DNA of 61,475 bases, filler included. It is 6 parts of 6 records of this genome, joined end to end, with 100 filler letters (N's around TTAATTAATTAA, not from the genome) between each part and the next. Parts side by side here need not be neighbours in the genome. Positions count along the whole stretch, not along the records: positions 37,106 to 55,778 come from SRR31147125_2879; positions 55,879 to 61,475 come from SRR31147125_2883; 4 more parts are not named here. The stretch is one strand, 5' to 3'. Below are positions 49,836 to 58,593 of the stretch, in pieces. The first letter of the stretch is position 1. Each line of letters begins with the position of its first letter. Below the pieces are notes generated by a model, which saw only the letters and a program-made list of their open reading frames with translations, searched no databases and was not told the DNA's origin. The position numbers and the translations under genes were made by a program.

Positions 49836-52159
49836 AAATTTTAACACTTGATGATCAAATTAAATTATTAGACGGTAAAAACGTTTGGGAAACCAAAACA
49901 ATTGAAGACCATAAGGGTATTTTAATGACAGATGGACCTCATGGTGTTCGTAAACAAATTGATTTTGAAGATTCAACAGGAAATCAAGGTAGCGTAAAAG
50001 CAACCTGTTTTCCTCCTGCGTGTTTAACAGCATGTAGTTTTGATCGTCAAGTATTAAAAAAACTAGGTACTGCGCTTGCAAAAGAATGTAGACATTATGG
50101 TGTACAGATGATTTTAGGGCCAGGAATTAATATTAAGCGCAGCCCTTTAAATGGTAGGAATTTCGAATATTTTAGTGAAGATCCATATGTCTCTGGTGAA
50201 TTAGGTGCAAGTTTTGTCCGTGCTGTTGAGGATATGGGTATAGGTACATCACTGAAACACTTTATCGTCAATAATCAAGAAACTAATCGCTTTACAATTG
50301 ATGCGATTGTTGATGAGCGTGCATTACATGAGATATATTATAAAAACTTTAAACGTGTTGTTGATGAAAAACCAGCAAGTGTTATGGTAAGTTATAATAA
50401 ATTAAATGGATATTACTTAAGTGAACACCCTATGATTAAAGATGTTTTAAGAAACAAATGGAATTATCAAGGACTCATTGTTAGTGATTGGGGTGCAGTA
50501 GATAATAGAATTGCATCTGTGAAAGCAGGTTGTGACCTTGAAATGCCTTCATCGAGAGGTTATTGGTATGATAAACTAAATAAAGAAAGCCAAGTAGATG
50601 ATGCATTAAGTATGGATATTAGACATGCTGCACAACGTGTCATAAATCTTTCAAAACAATATAAAACATATGATAATCAAGAGACTATAGATTTTGAAAA
50701 ACAAAATGAGCAAGCAAGAATGATTGCGAGAGAATCTATGGTTTTAACGAAAAATCAAAATGATATGTTACCTATTGATAAATCAGAAAACGTAGCTATC
50801 ATTTCAGGTTTTGCATACGATATGCGATATCAAGGTGGTGGGTCATCACATGTCAATGCTGCTGTTGTTAAACAGATTGATGATATCAAGACACAGTATT
50901 CTAAAAATATAAAAGTCGCAAAAGGATTTGAAACTCACTTAGAAAAACCGATTGTAAAACTAGAACAAGAAGCAATAGAAATTGCTAATCAATCCAAGAA
51001 AGTTATTTATATTGTTGGGTTACCAGAGAAAAAGGAAACTGAAGGATTTGATCGCACATCTATAGACCTACCCTATAATCAAATTGCTTTATTTGAAAAG
51101 CTACAAGCAGTTAATCCAAACATTATTTTAGTAGTTGTTGGAGGATCTGTGGTTAATCTTAGACCATTTAAACAATCTAAAGCTGTATTAATTGCATATT
51201 TAGGTGGACAAGCTGCATCACTTGCGATGATGGATATACTCTATGGTAAAGTCAGTCCTTCAGGAAGACTTGCAGAGACATGGATCGATGATTTATCCAC
51301 ATGTAATGTTTCAATTACAAAAGATAATCATGCAACATACTATGATGAATCGATATTTGTAGGTTATCGCTATTATGAAACATTTAAAAAACAAGTAAGA
51401 TATCATTTTGGTCATGGATTAAGTTATGCGAAATTTGTCTATAAAGATTTTAAAGTAGAAAAAGTTAATGATATATACCAAGTCAGTGTCATGGTCCGAA
51501 ACATTGGATCAATGGTTGCTAAAGAAGTTGTTATGATCTTTGTTGGACAAGAAGATAGTGCAACATTTAAAGCTAAACGTGAACTTAAGCGATTTGAAAA
51601 AATTGAATTAAAACCGAATGAAGCAAAAGAAGTAACGTTTGCCTTAAATAATGAAGACTTTATGTTTTATGATATACGCAGAAAAAAATTCATCATTGAA
51701 GATGGGATATATAACATTGAATGTGCAAAACATGCGAATGATATTATCGATGGTGTGCAAATACATATCAACGGATTTAAAGTTGTTAAATCATTGATGA
51801 GCTATAATCAATATGAATATAATCCAAGTGATTTTTCTAAAGTGTATCAACAACCACTGCCACCAAAACACGTGGTTAGAAAAAGACCATTTAATTTATC
51901 AGTGACTTTAAATGAAGTCAATCATTTGTTTGTTGGACGATTAGTTAAGCGTGCAGTGATGAGGCAAGCAAATAAAATGTTTAAAGATGCAGAAGATAAT
52001 TGGGTAAAAGAAGTGATGAGAAAGACGATGATGGAAACGCCGATTAGAATGCTATCATTGTTTAGTAATGGGGATATATCGTTATATCAAGCTGAAGGTA
52101 TCGTTGATATACTTAATTTACATTTTTTAAAAGGGATAAAAAAACTAAAATCTAAATAG
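49832..52159 (+). CDS. GH3 beta-glucosidase
   Basis: MTDGPHGVRK, GPGINIKRSPLNGRNFEYFSEDP, SLKHF, VSDWG, EGFDR, VGYRYY. Confidence 0.93.
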   Translation: MKILTLDDQIKLLDGKNVWETKTIEDHKGILMTDGPHGVRKQIDFEDSTGNQGSVKATCFPPACLTACSFDRQVLKKLGTALAKECRHYGVQMILGPGINIKRSPLNGRNFEYFSEDPYVSGELGASFVRAVEDMGIGTSLKHFIVNNQETNRFTIDAIVDERALHEIYYKNFKRVVDEKPASVMVSYNKLNGYYLSEHPMIKDVLRNKWNYQGLIVSDWGAVDNRIASVKAGCDLEMPSSRGYWYDKLNKESQVDDALSMDIRHAAQRVINLSKQYKTYDNQETIDFEKQNEQARMIARESMVLTKNQNDMLPIDKSENVAIISGFAYDMRYQGGGSSHVNAAVVKQIDDIKTQYSKNIKVAKGFETHLEKPIVKLEQEAIEIANQSKKVIYIVGLPEKKETEGFDRTSIDLPYNQIALFEKLQAVNPNIILVVVGGSVVNLRPFKQSKAVLIAYLGGQAASLAMMDILYGKVSPSGRLAETWIDDLSTCNVSITKDNHATYYDESIFVGYRYYETFKKQVRYHFGHGLSYAKFVYKDFKVEKVNDIYQVSVMVRNIGSMVAKEVVMIFVGQEDSATFKAKRELKRFEKIELKPNEAKEVTFALNNEDFMFYDIRRKKFIIEDGIYNIECAKHANDIIDGVQIHINGFKVVKSLMSYNQYEYNPSDFSKVYQQPLPPKHVVRKRPFNLSVTLNEVNHLFVGRLVKRAVMRQANKMFKDAEDNWVKEVMRKTMMETPIRMLSLFSNGDISLYQAEGIVDILNLHFLKGIKKLKSK

Positions 52160-52168
52160 GAGAAAAAA

Positions 52169-53626
52169 TTGGAAGCAGTTCAAAAAATTGACAAAAAGTC
52201 AAAAGCAATTTATACATCTGCTGCACTAGGGCGAGATATGATGTATGCGTTATACGCAAACTTCTTACTTGTATTTTTAACTAATGCTGTAGGTGTTACA
52301 GATGGCGAATTAATTGCAGTGGGTATTGTCATGGCTGTCGCACGTGTGTGGGATGCTGTTAATGATACATTTATGGGATTTGTGATTGATAATACACAAT
52401 CAAAATGGGGTAAGTTTAAGCCTTGGATTGTCATTGGTGCGATTACATCTGCGATTGTGTTCTTCTTGTTATTCCAAGATTATGGATTATCTGGATGGAA
52501 ATTTGTGACATTGTTTGGAGTGCTATATGTATTGTCAGGCATGACATTTACCATGAATGATATTAGTTATTGGTCGATGTATCCAAGTTTTACAACGGAT
52601 CCAAAAGAACGCGAAAATATTGCATCCCTTGCAAGAATCTTTGCAAGTTTAGGTATGTTTTTAGTTGTAGCTTTGGTACCGATTTTTTATCAAAACTATG
52701 CAGGTGGACCCAAAGAAGCATTCTTTATACTTGCAGCAGTCATTGGATTAATTTTTATTGGTTCACAAGTGGCTATCTTCTTTGGTGTAAAAGAACCAGA
52801 TAATAAGATTACAAAAGTTAAACAAGATAAAACAAAGTTTAAAGATTTATTTAAAATTATTGCAAAAAATGATCAGTTAGTCGTATTAATTGTTGCAATC
52901 TTATTGTTTAATTCTGGTTATTTTATTACAACAGCACTTGGTATTTACTTTTTCGATTATGATTTTAATCGCTATGGTGGTGCAGAATTTACGATATTTA
53001 TGGGTATATTAGCCATTAGTCAACTTAGTGCAATTGCATTATTTCCAGCAATATCTAAAAAGATAGGTCGAAAAAAATTGTTTTTATATTCAACAATTGC
53101 TGTTGTCATTGGTTATGTGATCTTCTTTAGTGCTGGTAACTTTGTTCTTGAATTAAACATGTTAACAATAGGTATTGCAGGATTTGTCTTATTTTCAGGA
53201 CAAGGTTTTATCCAAGTGCTTGTACTTGTGATGCTAGCTGATACGATTGAATATGGACAGTGGAAACTGGGAACAAGAAACGAAAGTATTGTCTTTAGTA
53301 TTAATCCGTTTGTTACTAAAATGGCAACCGCTATTCAAACTTTGGTGGTATCTATTACACTTGCAACTTCAGGTTTGAATGGTCAAGTCATTCAAGTGGT
53401 TACTGAAGCGAAAGAAAGTAACCCAGATATATCAAATGATGAAATACGTACGATGATCGATCAATTAACAACACCTGAGATGTTAGTTAATTTAAGAATA
53501 TCGATGCTTGCGATTCCACTTGTCTTAATTGTTTGTTCATATTTGATTTATCACTATCGTTATAAAATTGATCAAAAAATGTATGATCAGATAACCACAG
53601 ATTTATTAGAACGTTATAAAGACTAG
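52169..53626 (+). CDS. Glycoside-pentoside-hexuronide:cation symporter (MelB-like)
   Basis: RVWDAVND..MG..ID.T.SKWGKFKPW, DISYWS, LADTIEYGQWKLGTRNE; about 12 TM segments; TTG start after AGGAG. Confidence 0.92.
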   Translation: MEAVQKIDKKSKAIYTSAALGRDMMYALYANFLLVFLTNAVGVTDGELIAVGIVMAVARVWDAVNDTFMGFVIDNTQSKWGKFKPWIVIGAITSAIVFFLLFQDYGLSGWKFVTLFGVLYVLSGMTFTMNDISYWSMYPSFTTDPKERENIASLARIFASLGMFLVVALVPIFYQNYAGGPKEAFFILAAVIGLIFIGSQVAIFFGVKEPDNKITKVKQDKTKFKDLFKIIAKNDQLVVLIVAILLFNSGYFITTALGIYFFDYDFNRYGGAEFTIFMGILAISQLSAIALFPAISKKIGRKKLFLYSTIAVVIGYVIFFSAGNFVLELNMLTIGIAGFVLFSGQGFIQVLVLVMLADTIEYGQWKLGTRNESIVFSINPFVTKMATAIQTLVVSITLATSGLNGQVIQVVTEAKESNPDISNDEIRTMIDQLTTPEMLVNLRISMLAIPLVLIVCSYLIYHYRYKIDQKMYDQITTDLLERYKD

Positions 53627-53627
53627 A

Positions 53628-53659
53628 AAAAACAGCAGACATTATCGTCTGCTGTTTTT
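53628..53659. terminator. Bidirectional terminator overlapping the hslO stop
   Basis: AAAAACAGCAGAC/GTCTGCTGTTTTT. Confidence 0.85.
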
Positions 53660-54520
53660 GATTTCTATTAAATCTTCTTTTGTGTACTGATATTTTTTAT
53701 GACAGAAATGACATTCAATTTCTGCATGTCCATCATTAATTAACTCATCTAAATCTTTTTCTTCTAAGACGGATAAACTTCTAGCAAAGCCATCTTTAGA
53801 ACACGGACAATGATAAGTAAGTGAATGTTTTGATAAGATTTGATATGATCCATTTGATAAGATAGAGACAATATCTTCAGGTGTTTTACCTTCATGGATA
53901 AGTGTTGACATCGGTTTAATTGTTTTAAGCGTTTGCTCAATAGCTGATATTGTATCTTCAGTAACACCAGGCATTAATTGTAGGATATAACCACCCGATG
54001 CTAAGATGGATTGATCTCTATTTACTAAAACACCCAAACCAACTGATGAAGGCACTTGTTCAGAAGATGCAAAATAATAAGTAAAATCATCTGCGATTTC
54101 TCCTGTTTGTAGTTGAGTGGATGATGTAAAGTATTCTTTCATATTTAAATCTTTTGTGACAAATAAGAAACCTTGACCAACAGCACCACCTACATTAAGT
54201 TTACCTTTTTTTGGGCCATCTTCATATTTCATATAAACATGGCCATTTTGAATCTCACCTCTAACTTCACCGTTAGGGTTTGCTTCAACAAGCATGGAAC
54301 CAATTGGACCATTACCTTTGACTCTAAGTGTGATGCGTTCTTTCTTTTTATACATTAATCCCATCATTGCAGAAGCTGTGATGAATCGCCCAAATGCTGC
54401 AGAAGCAGTTGGCCATAAATCATGTATTTTTCTTGTTTCTTCAACAAGATCTGTTGTTTGTGCTGCATATATTCTTACTGTTTTATCATATGCATAACTA
54501 ATGATTGCGTAATTTTTCAT
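53642..54520 (-). CDS. hslO: Hsp33 redox-regulated chaperone
   Basis: GNGPIG, GEIADDFTYYFASSEQVPS, CPCS...CHFC Zn motif; start MKNY after GAGG. Confidence 0.95.
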   Translation of the reverse strand: MKNYAIISYAYDKTVRIYAAQTTDLVEETRKIHDLWPTASAAFGRFITASAMMGLMYKKKERITLRVKGNGPIGSMLVEANPNGEVRGEIQNGHVYMKYEDGPKKGKLNVGGAVGQGFLFVTKDLNMKEYFTSSTQLQTGEIADDFTYYFASSEQVPSSVGLGVLVNRDQSILASGGYILQLMPGVTEDTISAIEQTLKTIKPMSTLIHEGKTPEDIVSILSNGSYQILSKHSLTYHCPCSKDGFARSLSVLEEKDLDELINDGHAEIECHFCHKKYQYTKEDLIEIKNSRR

Positions 54521-54597
54521 AATATCTACCTCATTTGATATTGTAGCATAATTGCAAGGAAACTGGTAAAATGATACAATAAATCGGGTGATAAAAG

Positions 54598-55566
54598 ATG
54601 TCATTTTATATTGGTGATATAGAAGTTAAAAATAAAATTATATTAGCGCCTATGGCAGGCGTATCAAATAGTCCTTTTCGCATACTTGCAAGAAAGTATG
54701 GTGCAGGGCTTGTTTATGCTGAAATGGTATCAGATAAAGGATTGTTACATAAAAATGATAAAACACTGCAATTGTTATATATGACTGATGTAGAAAAACC
54801 TATGGCTCAACAGATTTTTGGATCAGATCTAGAAACTATGGTAGATGCTGCTATATATATTGATAAACATTCTAATTGCGATATCATTGATATTAATATG
54901 GGTTGTCCTGTACCAAAGGTAGCAATCCGTGCACAAGCAGGAGCAAGTTTGTTAAAAGATCCAGATCGTATTTTTAATATTGTCAAAGCGATTGTGGATA
55001 AAGTGAGCAAACCTGTCACAGTTAAAATAAGAGCTGGTTGGGATGATTCAAGTAAAAATGCTGTTGAAGTTGCTAAAAAAGCAGAACTTGCAGGTGCTAA
55101 AGCAATAGCGGTGCATGGAAGAACCCGTGCGCAAGGCTATAGTGGATTTGCTGATTTAGAAATTATCAAAGCTGTTAAAGAAGCAGTGTCCATTCCTGTT
55201 ATTGGTAACGGTGATGTGATCGATGGACCTTCTGCAATTAGAATGCTTGAATACACAAAATGTGATGCAGTGATGATTGGTAGGGGTGCACTTGGTAATC
55301 CTTGGATTTTTAGAGAAATTGATGCATATTTAAAAGATGGGACAATTATTGATAAACCTACGTATGAAGAAATCAAAGAAATGATGATGCTTCATCTTGA
55401 AGCATTAATCGAATTAAAAGGCGAAAAAGTGGCATGTTTAGAAATGAGAAGTCATGGCCCCTGGTATTTAAAAGGTATACCACATGCTAAAGAGTTAAGA
55501 CATAAACTTGCCAGAACATCTACTAAAGTAGATTTTAAAAAACATTTGGATGAATTTTTCCAATAA
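54598..55566 (+). CDS. dusB: tRNA-dihydrouridine synthase B
   Basis: LAPMAGV, DINMGCPVPK, VTVKIR, VHGRT, GNGDV, MIGRGALGNPW. Confidence 0.95.
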   Translation: MSFYIGDIEVKNKIILAPMAGVSNSPFRILARKYGAGLVYAEMVSDKGLLHKNDKTLQLLYMTDVEKPMAQQIFGSDLETMVDAAIYIDKHSNCDIIDINMGCPVPKVAIRAQAGASLLKDPDRIFNIVKAIVDKVSKPVTVKIRAGWDDSSKNAVEVAKKAELAGAKAIAVHGRTRAQGYSGFADLEIIKAVKEAVSIPVIGNGDVIDGPSAIRMLEYTKCDAVMIGRGALGNPWIFREIDAYLKDGTIIDKPTYEEIKEMMMLHLEALIELKGEKVACLEMRSHGPWYLKGIPHAKELRHKLARTSTKVDFKKHLDEFFQ

Positions 55567-55586
55567 TTGATGAAATGAATCATATG

Positions 55587-55623
55587 AGATGGTTGAACTT
55601 TTAAAGTTTAATCATCTTTTTTT
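55587..55623 (+). terminator. Intrinsic terminator after dusB
   Basis: AGATGGTTGAAC/GTTTAATCATCT stem plus T run. Confidence 0.75.
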
Positions 55624-55778
55624 GTTGTACAAATTGAACTTGTGTATAAAATATAATAACTTAATGAATAATAGGACACATGCGCCCTATGATTTATAGT
55701 TTTTAAGTGATAAAATTAAAATATATCATACAGCATTGGGGAGGCATAGCTAAATTAATGAAAGAGATTAATGGGAAG

Positions 55779-55878
55779 NNNNNNNNNNNNNNNNNNNNNN
55801 NNNNNNNNNNNNNNNNNNNNNNTTAATTAATTAANNNNNNNNNNNNNNNNNNNNNNNNNNNNNNNNNNNNNNNNNNNN
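55779..55878. other. Artificial contig linker
   Basis: N runs around TTAATTAATTAA. Confidence 0.98.
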
Positions 55879-55997
55879 ACGATTGCAACATATTCGCCAT
55901 GATTAATTTTTAAATCAACACCGTCTAGAGCGTGAACTTCTTCAGAGCCCATTTCGTATATTTTGTACATTTTTTTTATATCAATTAGTACGCTCAT
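55879..55997 (-). CDS. MacB/LolD-type ABC ATP-binding protein, N-terminal fragment
   Basis: Not in the ORF track: MSVLIDIKKMYKIYEMGSEEVHALDGVDLKINHGEYVAI; ATGA overlap with the adaptor stop. Confidence 0.88.
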
Positions 55998-57949
55998 TTA
56001 ATCACCTTGCTTTCTTCAATATCGAGCTCATCATTAGCCTGAATGCCGCCCATGCCGCCGCCCATATCGCCGCCGCCGAAGTTTCCAAAGCCGCTCATGC
56101 CGCCCATGTCGCCTCGTTCGTCTTCATCGTCATCTGAGCTGTCAGTTTCAGTAGTAGTTAATAACACTATATCGCCTGCACTAAGTCCGCTGACAATTTC
56201 AATATTGGTTTCATCTTGAATTCCCACTTCGACAAACACTACTTCGCCGTATAGCTGTTCTGCAATTGTCAAAGAGCTTGTATTGATTGTTCTTGATTGC
56301 ATGCCTTGTGGAACAGTATTTTCAGTGTCCGTATTCTCCATATCACCTTCTGGCATTTCACCTTCTGGCATTCCACCTTCTGGTCTCTCACCTTCTGACA
56401 TTTCACCTTCTGGTTTTTCGCCTTGCGCATCACCATCTTGTCCACTCATCTCAGACATATATTCCTGCATTTCTTCCTGACTCATGTTAGACATTTTTTC
56501 AGCTGTTTTTTGTGTTTCCAAAATATCATTTTTAATTTCTTCCAGCTCATCATCTGTACGCTCAGTATAAACCAAAACATATGCATTGTTCCCTTGATAT
56601 CTGACTGCCTGAATTGGTACACTTACTACATCTTCAACCTTTTGAACCTCGATTTCACTAGATGCATTCATGCTTAGCTTAAATCTTTCATCAGCAGGAA
56701 CTTCGATTTCAACAGTATATGTAGTTACACCGCTTGTGTTTGCACCTACAGATGATATTCTTCTGACAGTACCTTCAAACTCTTCGTCGGTAATAGCATC
56801 AATTGTAACTGTTGCGCTCATTCCAACTTCAATAGTGTTTACATCAAGTTCATCAACATCTACTGTTGCTGTCCATATTGATGTGTCAGCTACTGTACAT
56901 ACTGCAGAGGTCGAACTGATGCTGTCGCCAAGCGAAATACTCATACTTTCAATAAATCCATTTACAGGTGCTGTGATTTCAAGATTTGAATATTGTGTTT
57001 GTAGGTCAGATAGCTGTTCTTCTAAATCTTCAAGTTCCGCATACATGTCACTTAAGCTTTGGCTTATCTTACTATATGAATAGTAAAGGATGTCACCTTC
57101 ATTTACTAATTGATTTAAAAATGTACTTGTTTGTTCGATATACCCTTTTGCACCTACAACATATTCCATGCCTGCATATGCTGTTGTTCCTTTACCAAGT
57201 ACTGTTTTTCCATCTGCTGTATAAACTGTTGCCTCTACATTTTCGTTGTATTTATTATTATTTACATATATGTAGACTGTACCGTTTACAATCTTTTCTA
57301 CATATGAACCTGTATAAATACGTACATCTCCATCCTCTTCATGGATAATAGCATCAACTTCATCGTCTACTGCATATTGGTCAATGTCTTCTGTTACTTT
57401 AATGTACATAGAATTGCCAACAGCAATTGATACAAGATATCCGTATTCTGCTTCTATATCTTCTGCACGTTCTCTGTAGTATTCAGAAGTACTAGAAGTT
57501 ACATACTTTACATTAATCTCTTTTATACGACCATATACAGGAGCTTTGATTGTGTAATCCTGTGTTTCGTTATCATATTCGTCGATACTGCTTCTCTTTG
57601 AATTAATGCTGTCTTTCACTTCATCAATCTGATCTTCAAGAGTATCGCCTTCAACAACTGCTATTACATCACCAGCATTTACAAAATCGCCTTCTTTGTA
57701 ATTACTTTCAATTACTGTACCCTCCGTCTCAGCCAAAACTGTCTCTGTATTTCCTGAGCTTATAGTTCCGCTAGCAGGTACATAAATGCCAATATCTTCA
57801 GTAGATGCTACCGCAGTTGATGGAGTTACATCAAACTGCGCCATTTTTTCCTTGTTTGCTTTTACTGCTTTACTTATTAATACAACTGCTACAATTACAA
57901 CTACAATTGAAGCATATATAATAAGTCTTTTCTTAGTTGATTTCTTCAT
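55994..57949 (-). CDS. MacA/HlyD-like efflux adaptor subunit
   Basis: N-terminal TM, EGDFVNAGDVI, ITAPVNGFI, VDELDV..IEVGM, VEVGI..IEIVSGLSAGD; start MKKS after GAGG. Confidence 0.88.
   Translation of the reverse strand: MKKSTKKRLIIYASIVVVIVAVVLISKAVKANKEKMAQFDVTPSTAVASTEDIGIYVPASGTISSGNTETVLAETEGTVIESNYKEGDFVNAGDVIAVVEGDTLEDQIDEVKDSINSKRSSIDEYDNETQDYTIKAPVYGRIKEINVKYVTSSTSEYYRERAEDIEAEYGYLVSIAVGNSMYIKVTEDIDQYAVDDEVDAIIHEEDGDVRIYTGSYVEKIVNGTVYIYVNNNKYNENVEATVYTADGKTVLGKGTTAYAGMEYVVGAKGYIEQTSTFLNQLVNEGDILYYSYSKISQSLSDMYAELEDLEEQLSDLQTQYSNLEITAPVNGFIESMSISLGDSISSTSAVCTVADTSIWTATVDVDELDVNTIEVGMSATVTIDAITDEEFEGTVRRISSVGANTSGVTTYTVEIEVPADERFKLSMNASSEIEVQKVEDVVSVPIQAVRYQGNNAYVLVYTERTDDELEEIKNDILETQKTAEKMSNMSQEEMQEYMSEMSGQDGDAQGEKPEGEMSEGERPEGGMPEGEMPEGDMENTDTENTVPQGMQSRTINTSSLTIAEQLYGEVVFVEVGIQDETNIEIVSGLSAGDIVLLTTTETDSSDDDEDERGDMGGMSGFGNFGGGDMGGGMGGIQANDELDIEESKVIK
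56343..56417 (-). repeat. Five imperfect 15-bp coding tandem repeats (EGEMP-like)
   Basis: TCACCTTCTGGCATT-like units encoding KPEGE/MSEGE/RPEGG/MPEGE/MPEGD. Confidence 0.85.
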
Positions 57950-58133
57950 AAGAACCTCACATATCATAATTTATGATAATATACTATCAACCATATATCC
58001 CATTTTATTGCAAGAAATATGAATAAAGTATGAACGAAGTCTTTTATTAACATAAAATAACCCATATATCGCCATAAAAATGGAGATTTTAAAACGAATT
58101 ATTACTAAAGTATTAAAATAATATAATTTTTTC

Positions 58134-58185
58134 TTGACATATTGAGCGACGTGATGTAATCTTGTAATGTAGCTACAACACGTAA
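58134..58185 (+). promoter_or_regulatory. Promoter with two BlaI-type boxes
   Basis: TTGACA(58134), 17 nt, TAATCT; CGAC-N5-GTAA (58147-58159) and CTAC-N5-GTAA (58173-58185). Confidence 0.55.
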
Positions 58186-58202
58186 CCACATAGGAGATAA
58201 TT

Positions 58203-58592
58203 ATGTGCCAATATGAGAAGATATCAGATAACGAATGGCTAGTTATGGAAATTTTGTGGCGTGATGGTGAAGTTAAATCCTCTTCCATCAGCCAAGAATT
58301 AATGAGCACCAAAGGCTGGGCTAGCCCTACAGTAAGAACATTCTTAAAAAGATTGATAGCAAAAAAAGTTGCTGATTCTAAACAGGATAAGTTCAACCAA
58401 AGAATTTTTTGGTATTATCCTACAGTTTCAAAAGATGACTACATCAAAAGCCAAACAAAAGGACATGTGAAAAGGTATTACAATGGTAATTTGCCTCAAA
58501 TGATGGTTGGGCTTTTAAAAGATGAACAACTAACTCAAGATGAAATTGATGAAATTGAACATATGCTTAACACCATGAAGGATAGAGGCTAA
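58203..58592 (+). CDS. BlaI/MecI/CopY family repressor
   Basis: ISDNEWLVMEILW, WASPTVRTFLKRLIAKK, Y.P.VSK, LTQDEIDEI. Confidence 0.93.
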   Translation: MCQYEKISDNEWLVMEILWRDGEVKSSSISQELMSTKGWASPTVRTFLKRLIAKKVADSKQDKFNQRIFWYYPTVSKDDYIKSQTKGHVKRYYNGNLPQMMVGLLKDEQLTQDEIDEIEHMLNTMKDRG

Positions 58593-58593
58593 T

